From positions 4,063 to 68,062 of the forward strand of contig JAJYXB010000022.1 of the NCBI GenBank assembly GCA_021791195.1: DNA of 64,000 bases, read 5' to 3'. Positions 1 through 8,815 of this stretch are shown here, in pieces. Source of the stretch: Actinomycetes bacterium. Lineage in GTDB: Bacteria; Actinomycetota; Thermoleophilia; BMS3ABIN01. The notes beneath the pieces are model-generated. The model made no database searches, was not told the origin of the DNA, and saw nothing but the letters and a program-made list of their open reading frames with translations. A program made the position numbers and the translations under genes. Position 1 is the first letter of the stretch; each line of letters opens with the position of its first letter.

Positions 1-1194
1 TGCGGGGTCATCGATCCGCATGGTGATCTTGTAAATGACATCGTTGGAAACCTGGAGGAATTTCAAAGGGTTGTCCTGGTCGAGATGACTGATCCTGAAA
101 ATATTATTGGTTTTAATCCTCTCGAACAGCAGGAAGGCATTGACCCTTACACGCAAGCCTTAGAACTTGTAGAAGTGTTCAGAAAGATTTGGAACCTGTC
201 GGATGATAAAACTCCCAGACTCCTCGAAATTTTGAGAAACGCTGTTTTGACGCTTATTGAAGCCGGTGGAACCATGCTCGATATCGAACCACTTCTAACC
301 AATCAGGATTTCAGGGAAGAGAAACTAAAGTTTGTGACTTATGAATCAGTGGCTTCTTTTTGGCGCAACCGATTTGATCAGTGGGAAGCAAAAGACCGAG
401 TTTCTAATGTGGAATCGACCTTGAATAAGGTTTCTTCCTTTACTTCTGATCCACGTATCCGCCTGATGCTCTCGGCACAGCAATCAACAATTGATTTCAG
501 GCAGATCATGGACGGAGAAAAAACGGTCCTCATTAACTTGGCAAAAGGTGTATTGAGAACCAACAGCTTTCTTTTAGGAGCTTTATTTGTGGCCAAAATC
601 CAAATGGCGGCAATGTCGAGGGTGGACTCACCGCCACCTGAAAGAAAGCCATTTTATTTGTACGTGGATGAATTTCAGAACTATGCGACTTTGAGTTTCG
701 CCGAGATTATGAGTGAGGCCAGGAAGTACGGTCTTTCATTAATTCTTGCTCACCAAAGCCTGGTTCAGCTCAACGCCGAGTTGCGAGATATTATTCTTGG
801 CAATGCCAAGAACTTCATTATTTTCAGATGTGATCGTCAGGACGCGGAACTGATAATCAAATACATTAAAGATTATGACCCCTGGGATTGGAAGTTGAAA
901 ACAGAAAGCTCGATTACCTACTTCTCAAAGGATGAACAATGGGAAGAAGGCATAGGCGAGCTAACTGGCATGCCGACGCAGGTCGCCGTTCTAAAAACAA
1001 AGGGTAAAGAGCCTACGATGTTCAGAACGTTTGACTTAGAAACCGGCTGGCGACTTGAGCAGAATCAAACTACCCTGAGAGAAGCCAACAAAGAGGCCGG
1101 ATATACTCTCAGCATGGAAAAGCTCGACGAAACCATACATTTTCAGGCTATGCCCATTCTTGAAACAGACGAGCCTGATAACTTCCTTATCTAA
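1..1194 (+). CDS. FtsK/HerA/TraG(VirD4)-superfamily P-loop NTPase, C-terminal part (5' end outside window)
   Basis: Frame 1 is open from base 1 (CGVIDPHGDLVND...) into the listed ORF 85..1194. It has a Walker-B-like FYLYVDEFQNY, an LILAHQS motif and a TraD/TraG-like C-terminal tail. Confidence 0.7.
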   Translation, partial: CGVIDPHGDLVNDIVGNLEEFQRVVLVEMTDPENIIGFNPLEQQEGIDPYTQALELVEVFRKIWNLSDDKTPRLLEILRNAVLTLIEAGGTMLDIEPLLTNQDFREEKLKFVTYESVASFWRNRFDQWEAKDRVSNVESTLNKVSSFTSDPRIRLMLSAQQSTIDFRQIMDGEKTVLINLAKGVLRTNSFLLGALFVAKIQMAAMSRVDSPPPERKPFYLYVDEFQNYATLSFAEIMSEARKYGLSLILAHQSLVQLNAELRDIILGNAKNFIIFRCDRQDAELIIKYIKDYDPWDWKLKTESSITYFSKDEQWEEGIGELTGMPTQVAVLKTKGKEPTMFRTFDLETGWRLEQNQTTLREANKEAGYTLSMEKLDETIHFQAMPILETDEPDNFLI

Positions 1195-1230
1195 AAGCGT
1201 AAAGTGGGCCAAGAACGCAACACGGCGTGT

Positions 1231-1779
1231 TTAGTTAGTGACTCTTTTTATCACGTGATGACAACCAGGGCCAGCCGGAATTGAAAAAATGCTAGGATCG
1301 CCTGGTTCTGGCCAATATCTTCCTCTATGTCCGTCATAGACGACCTGCACCTTCACAATCATTCCTTCGTGCTGAGAGCATTCCCCATGTTCCCATTTTG
1401 GCTGTGCGCCTCTATATATCTGACATTCTTCAATACCTTCTTCTATAAGACGGCGGGCAAGGCCGCGGACATACCACGTATTAAATTCCGTTAATGCTAA
1501 ACGCTCTGCTGCTTGACCAATATTCCTTTTTCGCTCTCGCTCAACGCCGCCTCTAACGTAGGTCTCATAAGGTTCCCAGTATTCAGGATTGTTTAGTGCT
1601 TGCATTAAACTGACTTCGTTTCCGCTTTCGATTGCTCGCCTCATTAGATCGGGAAACACGTCTAATCCTAGACTTGTCAGTGCTTTACTTCTGTAAGGAA
1701 TTGCCTGCTCATCAGCTTGAAACTCTTCTAGCATGAATTTACGTGTAGTTTCGTCTAGCTCTTCGTAAATCATTGGCAT
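1231..1779 (-). CDS. hypothetical protein with C-terminal His/Cys cluster
   Basis: 182-aa ATG ORF, 37 nt downstream of and co-oriented with the 207-aa ORF. I recognise no family. WEHGECSQHEG and GPGCHHV suggest a metal site. Confidence 0.55.
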   Translation of the reverse strand: MPMIYEELDETTRKFMLEEFQADEQAIPYRSKALTSLGLDVFPDLMRRAIESGNEVSLMQALNNPEYWEPYETYVRGGVERERKRNIGQAAERLALTEFNTWYVRGLARRLIEEGIEECQIYRGAQPKWEHGECSQHEGMIVKVQVVYDGHRGRYWPEPGDPSIFSIPAGPGCHHVIKRVTN

Positions 1780-1816
1780 ATCATCCGTCTCCCGTGTTTG
1801 ATCTTGAAAATAGTAA

Positions 1817-2440
1817 TTAGAGCGGACCTAAAACGCCACTTGCTTCCTTAATTTTCACATTATCGCGGTCCAATCCCAATTCATCAATTAGGCTATCCGT
1901 TACTTTCTTGACGCTATCAATCGTTACAGCTGTGAACGCTATCAGTTTGTTTCTCTCGTGTAGATAAATGACATTGAGCCAGCGGTAAAGAAGGGGGCCA
2001 AAAATCGGAATAGCGTAAAGCATGCTGCTTTTCTGGTGGAGAGCATAGCTAAGATGTAGATCTTTTCCCACGGTTTCGTAGCTAATAAAGCATGAGTAGA
2101 CAGAGCTATAATTGACTTTGATTGCCGGCTGGCCGTTGCTTCCTAATCCCTCCGTAAAAGTAAATTGAGCTTGCTGAAATGATGAATTCCTATCTGCTAA
2201 TTCGGATTCTACCTGGATAAGAAATTCGCCTCCCGACACCGCTTGCTCTGGCAAAAGAGCGCTCCATCTTTCCAATACTTCCTCCTCACGTGGCCGTCCA
2301 CCGAGCTTGGCTAACTTGATGACGGTGACAATAACCAGCACTACGAAGAAGAATCCGAATATTTGATCCATAACCCACCTTTCAGTAAAGAGGAGCTGAA
2401 ATAAAGATTTCGCTGAGCCAATATCAACCAAACTAGCCAT
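1817..2440 (-). CDS. hypothetical membrane-anchored protein
   Basis: 207-aa ORF with a single N-terminal TM helix (IFGFFFVVLVIVTVIKLA) followed by a soluble domain. I recognise no family. Confidence 0.55.
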   Translation of the reverse strand: MASLVDIGSAKSLFQLLFTERWVMDQIFGFFFVVLVIVTVIKLAKLGGRPREEEVLERWSALLPEQAVSGGEFLIQVESELADRNSSFQQAQFTFTEGLGSNGQPAIKVNYSSVYSCFISYETVGKDLHLSYALHQKSSMLYAIPIFGPLLYRWLNVIYLHERNKLIAFTAVTIDSVKKVTDSLIDELGLDRDNVKIKEASGVLGPL

Positions 2441-2459
2441 ATTGGCTCAATCAGCGAAA

Positions 2460-2488
2460 AAACTATCACTGACTGGATATCTTGTCAA
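2460..2488 (-). promoter_or_regulatory. candidate sigma70-type promoter for the 207-aa/182-aa gene pair
   Basis: The minus strand reads TTGACA-N14-TGA-TAGTTT (extended -10 layout, 17-nt spacer), ending ~20 nt upstream of the ATG at 2440. Confidence 0.35.
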
Positions 2489-2519
2489 AGAAAATAAGCG
2501 TAAGGGCTAGAAGCCAAAA

Positions 2520-3734
2520 TTAGTGAGTACGTTCTCGCTGTTTGACCAGATTAAGGAAGTCAGCGACATTGAGAAGCCATGCTTGCTGCGTGGGGATGTA
2601 TGTATCATGAAGGGGCGCTGGAATAACTAGACTGAGATGGTTCGCCTGCATCTCATCAGTCTGATTTATACTGATGCCTGGCTGAAAAGTTAAAAGGTGT
2701 TTATCTTCAATACGGTTTGCCTCTGCGAGAACCTGCCTCCACCTGTCTTTACAGGTTGTTTTTGCGCCAAGCATTGTCAGGTCTGCGGTTGAAAACGTGG
2801 GGTTTCGATAATCGTCAATACTTGGAAAAATGAAGTCGGGCTTGGAACGATTCTCGGTTTCCTGTCCTCGTGAATATCTTAAACCATTCTGGATTAGAAT
2901 CTGCTCGAAGTGGTTTTCTAACGCATGGCCAGCCCTGGATTTTCTCCGGTTTTGCACTGTTAAAGAAAGCTTCATGAACTCATCCACATCGGTAAAACCG
3001 GTTTGAATATGTTCCATCACGAGATGACGTTCAAGTGTTCGGAATAGTGCATCTTCCTTTTCCATCCAGGCTACAAGAGTAGTATCGGGGTTGTCCAGAG
3101 CATCGACACCACTCACGGCTTCTCGGGCAAACGCTGAGAATTCACGAGTGGTAGGAAAAGCTGCGCCAAATTTGCTTAACATGGTTTCAAGCGAAGCCTG
3201 CTCAGTCTCTTCTTCCTCAATGCCAATCTCTTCAAGAATCAGCTTTGCCGCATACCGAAGGGGAATTTCATCTATTTCTTCAGCTGGCTTGACGGACAAA
3301 GTACCCTCTGAAAGTTCAGGAAGATCAAAGAGCCACCGGACCTGTTGCTCCGCAGTACTCCCAGCTGCAGCAATCAATGAAAGAACTTCGCCATTCTGAA
3401 GTTTTCCCAGTACAAGAACGTCACCTTCCTGGGCAAGTTCGGAAACTGCCGTACTGGGAAAATAGAGTCGACATTCAGAACGTGTCGGGTGATTTTCTCT
3501 GGCGTCGTACCAGGTAATTGGAGCAGCTTCAACGACGGGGTCTTCTGCCGCGTCAGACATATAAAGAAAACGCGCCGGGATCTGTTGTCGTGGTGTACAC
3601 GGTCCGAGAACGGCCTGAATAGCCTGAATCCCGTTGAATTCATGCTGATGAGAACGTTCGGGATGAGCCTCGACAGCACTTAACCTCTTGGCTGCGATTC
3701 CCTCAAAATATTGCGATAAATAACCCTGTCTCAT
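2520..3734 (-). CDS. type II restriction endonuclease, EcoRII family
   Basis: The C-terminal half (VDEF...NRRKSRAGHALENH...KPDFIFPS...GAKTTCKDRWRQVLAEA...LLTFQPGIS) matches the EcoRII catalytic domain as I remember it. The N-terminus has KRLSA...HQHEFNG. The gene overlaps the vsr stop by 4 nt (ATGA) and lies in an operon with dcm. Confidence 0.88.
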   Translation of the reverse strand: MRQGYLSQYFEGIAAKRLSAVEAHPERSHQHEFNGIQAIQAVLGPCTPRQQIPARFLYMSDAAEDPVVEAAPITWYDARENHPTRSECRLYFPSTAVSELAQEGDVLVLGKLQNGEVLSLIAAAGSTAEQQVRWLFDLPELSEGTLSVKPAEEIDEIPLRYAAKLILEEIGIEEEETEQASLETMLSKFGAAFPTTREFSAFAREAVSGVDALDNPDTTLVAWMEKEDALFRTLERHLVMEHIQTGFTDVDEFMKLSLTVQNRRKSRAGHALENHFEQILIQNGLRYSRGQETENRSKPDFIFPSIDDYRNPTFSTADLTMLGAKTTCKDRWRQVLAEANRIEDKHLLTFQPGISINQTDEMQANHLSLVIPAPLHDTYIPTQQAWLLNVADFLNLVKQRERTH

Positions 3735-4189
3735 TTACTTTCCCATTTAATTTCCATTTTTACTGAATCGGAGCGAAGCCACATGGCAGTCTCTTCAACA
3801 ACTGTTTCAATTGGCCTCTTCTTTGGCCCACGAAACGAGCATTCCCATATTGTGAGAACACGCCATCCCAGCTTCGCGACTTCGGTTCTGCATTTCTTGT
3901 CATTCTCTCGGTTCCTGGTAATTTTATCACGCCAGAATTCTGTATTTGATGCAGGCCATTTGAACAGGGGGCAATTATGTCCATGCCAGAAACATCCGTT
4001 TACAAATATTACTGCGTGGTAGCGTGGCAGAACCAGATCCGGCTTGCCAGGAAGGCGGGAATCATGCAGACGGTAACGAAACCCTTTGGCAAATAGTCCC
4101 TTCCTGATAGCAAGTTCCGGCTTGGTATTCTTGCCGCGAATACCAGCCATCATCCGGCTTCGGACTTCAGGAGGAACTATATCAGTCAT
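3731..4189 (-). CDS. vsr: very short patch repair endonuclease
   Basis: Typical Vsr sequence: RSRMMAGIRGKNTKPE, RLPGKPDLVLPRY..VIFVNGCFWHGH.C, FW..KI..N..RD. Confidence 0.95.
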   Translation of the reverse strand: MTDIVPPEVRSRMMAGIRGKNTKPELAIRKGLFAKGFRYRLHDSRLPGKPDLVLPRYHAVIFVNGCFWHGHNCPLFKWPASNTEFWRDKITRNRENDKKCRTEVAKLGWRVLTIWECSFRGPKKRPIETVVEETAMWLRSDSVKMEIKWESK

Positions 4190-4211
4190 TTACGATTCAG
4201 GGCAGGATGAA

Positions 4212-5513
4212 TCAGACATAAGCTGGGGCATCCTCATTAATATAAATACCATCTTTCTCTTTTTGGCTCAATGATTTTTTGCCATTCCGCTTTAGAAGGC
4301 ATCCATTATCCTTTTGATGTAGATGCCAGTTCATTACAGCCACAATTTCTTTTCCAACGGCTTCTATCACAGCCGGAACTACTGCATTTCCAAACTGTCT
4401 GTATGCCTGGGTATCGGAGACTACCTGGGGAAAGCCATTGGTATGTCCAAATAAGCCCGCCCTTTCCTCATCGAAGCCCATCAACCTTGCCGCTTCAAGG
4501 GGGGTCAGGCGACGGGGCCTTTTTCCGTTCTGTCTTATCAGGATCTCTGAGCCGTCCTTGTAATATCTCGCGCTCATTGTACGCGCTATATCATCAGGTC
4601 CAACCAGTCCGTAACCAAAACCATTTCCTTTAGCCTTGTGTCGTTTGGCATATTCTTTAAGGTAGTTCCATAGTTTGCTTGAAAGCATATACTTGCTGTC
4701 TACCCTTTCCTCAAGAATGTTTTTTAAAAGAGGCCGTTCGTTATTCGAGATTTCGGGAAAAGAAAATGGCGGGTTGTCTCCAAAAACATTACGGTCAAAG
4801 CAGACAATCATTACACGTTCGCGATGTTGCGGGACAAAAGCAGCCGCGTCAATAATATTGACAAATACCTTGTAGTTCAGTTCTTCCGTCAGGGTTGAAT
4901 GTATTACATCCCAGGTGCGACCACCGTCATGGGATTTCAGGTTCTTCACATTTTCAAGAAACACTACCGGTGGCCGCTTGACTTCAATAATTTTTGCAAG
5001 TTTGAAAAACAGATTGCCCTGCTTCACATCATCAAAGCCATGGGCATGACCAAGGCTTTTCTTCTTTGAAACTCCCGCGATGGAAAAAGGCTGACATGGA
5101 AATCCGGCAGAAAGAAGGTCATGATCAGGAATTACCCGCGCAATGTCAGCATCTGTCTTTAGTTCGTTAATATCGCCGAAAGGCTTTTCCCCAAACCAGC
5201 GCATGTATGTCTTCTGGCTGTATTTGTCATACTCGCACGACCATAAGCATCGACCACCGGAACGATTAAGGCCGACGCGAAACCCGCCAATACCGGCAAA
5301 TATATCTATGAAAGTGAACGGAAGGGCATTCGGGATGACCACGGGGGAGGGCATCAGTTCGTCAAATAGAGATGGAGAATCTTTCGCAATAGCAGCATCT
5401 TCAAGAATGCCGAGAAGGAATTCCTTCTGCGTCATCCGTTTCCTGTAGCTTTCCTCTTCAATCCATGCCTTTACATTTGCAGGTAGATCGCGGATTAGTA
5501 CCTGTTTTGCCAA
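4212..5513 (-). CDS. dcm: DNA (cytosine-5)-methyltransferase with ribbon-helix-helix-like N-terminal extension
   Basis: C5-MTase motifs are present: I FIDIFAGIGGF, IV GFPCQPFS, VI ENVKNL, X QFGNAVVP. About 60 extra N-terminal residues (KQVLIRDLPANVKAWIEEESYRKRMTQKEFLLGILE) look like an Arc/CopG-type RHH. TTG start with an AGGAGG RBS. Confidence 0.93.
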   Translation of the reverse strand: MAKQVLIRDLPANVKAWIEEESYRKRMTQKEFLLGILEDAAIAKDSPSLFDELMPSPVVIPNALPFTFIDIFAGIGGFRVGLNRSGGRCLWSCEYDKYSQKTYMRWFGEKPFGDINELKTDADIARVIPDHDLLSAGFPCQPFSIAGVSKKKSLGHAHGFDDVKQGNLFFKLAKIIEVKRPPVVFLENVKNLKSHDGGRTWDVIHSTLTEELNYKVFVNIIDAAAFVPQHRERVMIVCFDRNVFGDNPPFSFPEISNNERPLLKNILEERVDSKYMLSSKLWNYLKEYAKRHKAKGNGFGYGLVGPDDIARTMSARYYKDGSEILIRQNGKRPRRLTPLEAARLMGFDEERAGLFGHTNGFPQVVSDTQAYRQFGNAVVPAVIEAVGKEIVAVMNWHLHQKDNGCLLKRNGKKSLSQKEKDGIYINEDAPAYV

Positions 5514-5525
5514 TTCACCCTCCTT

Positions 5526-5564
5526 CAGGGAAATTTTGATAGCAATGATATCATTTTTTCCCTG
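5526..5564 (-). promoter_or_regulatory. inverted repeat (candidate operator or 5'-UTR hairpin) directly upstream of the dcm RBS
   Basis: Perfect 8-bp arms CAGGGAAA (5526-5533) and TTTCCCTG (5557-5564) flank an internal palindrome TGATATCA. The element abuts the RBS of dcm. Confidence 0.45.
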
Positions 5565-6022
5565 TTATGAAATACTCCTTATAAAAGATTACCACTAATA
5601 TAATGATAGTCAACTATTATTGATAATCCGTAAGCCCTTAAATACTATTGTTCGACATTAGTTTAAATGACGCTCAGGACGGAAGAAGTTGATTTCCGTA
5701 AATAACGAAGGAAATATAAAGATAATGATGATGCTTCTTTTGATTGAAGTTGAAGAGATCAGGGAGACACGACAGCAGTACGCTTAAATGAGATAATAGA
5801 TTGCAGTTAGGGCGGTCTTTTTACAAGGGAAACAGTGACAATGGGGGTTCGCAGACTTTCTCACACAGGAAGCTACTTACAATCGTCCTTTGGTTGCATT
5901 GGCTTATCAATCGGATAAATCTATCAAAAAACTATTCTTTTTATCAAATGGCCTGCAAGCTAGGGTTGGCATAACAAAGAAAAGTATATATATCAACCTT
6001 TTCACGATATAATTAAGTAGAA

Positions 6023-8665
6023 TTGGAAACGATGAACAATAATAATAAAACAAACGCAAAAGAATATCTTCGCGAATACCAGGCAAAACAAGGGGTACCT
6101 GCCTGGTTGGGTTTGTTGATTGGCAAAGCTAACGATAACAATGGAAGTCTTTCAGAAGACGAAAAAAATGAAATATTCTCTGACCTTCTAAAAGAAAACG
6201 GTCTTAAAACCGAAGGCCGTGCTTCCAATGAAGAAGACGTGCTATTCGTAGAACCTCAACCTTCTGTTGCTGAATCGCCTGACACGATAACTCTTGAAAA
6301 GATCAAGCATGTAAAAGGAGTAAATGCGCTTATACCTGGCCAATCCATCCAATTCAGTTCGGCTTGCACAATTATTTATGGGATGAATGGTACCGGTAAG
6401 AGTGGCTATTTCAGGATAATCCATGAACTGGCTGGTGGAGAGCAGACAAAAAGTATATTAGACAATATCCATCAAGATACAGATGGCCTAGAGGTCGAAA
6501 TAGAATATTCCTCAGATGGTAAAAAAAAGGATTGTTTCAAATGGCAAGATAAGTCTAGGAGAGGAATACAGCCCTTTGACCTTATACGAGTGTTCGATTC
6601 CGAATACTTACCGATTTTTCTAAATGAACGAGAGAGTTCGGTCAACGTAGAGCCTCTCGGCTTAAATCTCTTTCGGGTAATTGCATCCATCGTTGATGAG
6701 TACAAAGTAAAACTCCAGGAACTTGTTAAGCAGACGGAGCAGCTAGAACCGGATTTGAGTTTTTTAATTGACGCCCTACATTCGGATTCATTGAGAGGAG
6801 TTTTCCAAAAAAAGGTTTTATCAGAAGCAGATAAGAAGATAGTCGAAAGCAATATAAAATTTAAGGACGACAAGACAACCAAACTTGCTGAGTTAAGGCA
6901 ACAACGGCAGAATCTTGAAAAGAATAATACAGAAGACACAAAGAAAGTCCTAAGGCAAGAAAAAGGCGAAATTGATGATCTAAAAAATCATTTAGATGAG
7001 CTTGCGAAAACTCTGCCGCTATTGTCCAAAGATACTGAAGAAACCATATCCAACTATCTTGAAAAAAAGAGAGTTCGGGATGGAAGAGCAACACAATTTG
7101 AAGTACTTAAATCCATACCTGGTAAAGATTCCGAAGAATGGCAAAATTTCATTGAATCTGCAGAAGAATACATAGACATAATGGACCAAAGTGTCTTAGA
7201 TAAAGATAAGAACTGTATTTATTGCCATCAGCCCTTAAACGAAGAAGCAGGCAAACTAGTCCGGGCATATTCTGAGTATTTAAGCGACCAATCACAGGCG
7301 GAATTCAAAGAAGCAATGGAAGAGATTGAAGCTTTGCAGTCACGAATAGATGACATAGACATCGAAATTTCTTTATCTGAGGAAATAAAAGCTACTTTAA
7401 ATGATACTGGAAAAGATGCAGGTGAGGCACTGACGGTTTCGGTAAACAATGTAATCACAGTGGCGAAATCGAAGAAGACCGAGTTGTTGGCTGCATTAAA
7501 ACAAAAAAAGGTAATTAGCGAGGATTTTGTTCTGGACCTGCTTAGCCTGGATCAAAAATTGACAGAGCTATCTACCCAGAAAAAAATTGCCATTGATGAT
7601 TTGGCAAAAACGGGAGAGGAAAAAGCGAAGAAGATTGCAGAAATCGAATCTGCAATAAATGATCTTGAAGATAATGAAATAATCGCAAAATCTAAATCTA
7701 AAATCGAAAGCTATTTTGAATGCTGCAAGACTGCTGATGGGATAAATAAGATCAATAAAACAATAAGTACGCGAGCGATAACAGAATTAGGTGGAAAAGC
7801 TCACGACGAACTTTTAACCGATTCGATTAGAAAAGCTTTCGAGGATGAACTTAAGGTGTTGGGTAATGACGTTGGCGTAAGTCTCAATAAAGCAAGAGCA
7901 GGGAAGGGCAGTGTAAAAACCAGACTCACGATTTCAGGCAAAGATGTTTGTGATATTTTAAGCGATGGCGAGCAAAAGGCGGTTGGTCTAGCACTTTTCC
8001 TTGCCGAAATCGAAAGCCAAGACGATGATTCACCAGTCGTTTTTGATGATCCGGTCACTAGTCTTGACCATCGGGTTGCTGATTCTCTAGCAAAAAGATT
8101 GATTCAAATGTCAGCAACTAAACAAATAATTATTTTTACTCATAATAAGCTTTTTTATGATTCGCTAGTCTACTGGAGCAATAAGCTAAAAGATGCACAG
8201 AACAATAAGACACATCATATTTGTAAAAATTACACGCAGAAAGGCTGCAATGGATCGGGTTGCCATGTAATCACATACACTGTTGATCGCGAAGCGAAAG
8301 ATAGAACAGGCAAAATATTTGAAGCACAAAATGAATCATGTGCTTATTTCATTGAACAAGCTGAATTTGAAATAAAAGGGCAATATACGAAAAGTACTGT
8401 AGCCCAATATCTAAAGTCCGCTATAGAACATTACATAGATGAGAAAGTATTGTTAGGGACCGGTTTATTGAAAGATAGGCGCCAAGGGGCCGGAATACCC
8501 TGGCAAAGTCTAAAAAAAATCGAGTCCAAGAAGGAGATCATAGAAAAATTAGAAGGATTCTGGGCCGACTTGAGCAATCGTGCTTCTCATTCCACATCTG
8601 CCTCTCGGCTTAACCCATTATCAGATGAGGATTTCCGAAATATGATTGCTTTCTTGAAGCAGTAG
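6023..8665 (+). CDS. AAA_13-type ABC ATPase with coiled-coil zinc hook (RloC/PrrC-like, putative anticodon-nuclease-type defence protein)
   Basis: Walker A GMNGTGKSG (6380-6403). About 450 aa of Lys/Glu-rich coiled coil with a central CIYC (7214-7225). ABC signature LSDGEQKAVGLALF and Walker B/D-loop SPVVFDDPVTSLD. A C-terminal ~180-aa domain has HHICKNYTQKGCNGSGCH and NRASHS. The true start may be the ATG at 6032. Confidence 0.8.
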   Translation: METMNNNNKTNAKEYLREYQAKQGVPAWLGLLIGKANDNNGSLSEDEKNEIFSDLLKENGLKTEGRASNEEDVLFVEPQPSVAESPDTITLEKIKHVKGVNALIPGQSIQFSSACTIIYGMNGTGKSGYFRIIHELAGGEQTKSILDNIHQDTDGLEVEIEYSSDGKKKDCFKWQDKSRRGIQPFDLIRVFDSEYLPIFLNERESSVNVEPLGLNLFRVIASIVDEYKVKLQELVKQTEQLEPDLSFLIDALHSDSLRGVFQKKVLSEADKKIVESNIKFKDDKTTKLAELRQQRQNLEKNNTEDTKKVLRQEKGEIDDLKNHLDELAKTLPLLSKDTEETISNYLEKKRVRDGRATQFEVLKSIPGKDSEEWQNFIESAEEYIDIMDQSVLDKDKNCIYCHQPLNEEAGKLVRAYSEYLSDQSQAEFKEAMEEIEALQSRIDDIDIEISLSEEIKATLNDTGKDAGEALTVSVNNVITVAKSKKTELLAALKQKKVISEDFVLDLLSLDQKLTELSTQKKIAIDDLAKTGEEKAKKIAEIESAINDLEDNEIIAKSKSKIESYFECCKTADGINKINKTISTRAITELGGKAHDELLTDSIRKAFEDELKVLGNDVGVSLNKARAGKGSVKTRLTISGKDVCDILSDGEQKAVGLALFLAEIESQDDDSPVVFDDPVTSLDHRVADSLAKRLIQMSATKQIIIFTHNKLFYDSLVYWSNKLKDAQNNKTHHICKNYTQKGCNGSGCHVITYTVDREAKDRTGKIFEAQNESCAYFIEQAEFEIKGQYTKSTVAQYLKSAIEHYIDEKVLLGTGLLKDRRQGAGIPWQSLKKIESKKEIIEKLEGFWADLSNRASHSTSASRLNPLSDEDFRNMIAFLKQ

Positions 8666-8677
8666 CACCATAAAAAA

Positions 8678-8699
8678 GATCGTCAGAAGACGGTCTTAT
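8678..8699 (+). terminator. weak hairpin after the RloC-like gene
   Basis: GATCGTC-AGAA-GACGGTC (one G.U pair) preceded by A6. The T-tract is poor (TTAT). Confidence 0.3.
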
Positions 8700-8815
8700 C
8701 GCGGGGGAACAAGAGACATTGGGGTTACTTCATTATATGAAGTATTCGAGTTTATTCAATCATACGTTGGTTGTATTTGGTTTGACGAAAAGTTGTATTT
8801 TTTTAAGGCACGCTC

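Noticed and set aside
5565-6022. Small ORFs or an RNA gene in the AT-rich divergent spacer between dcm and the RloC-like gene.
   Set aside because: Only very short ORFs (20 codons or fewer) without an RBS are present, and I could not identify a recognisable RNA motif. The spacer probably holds just the two divergent promoters.
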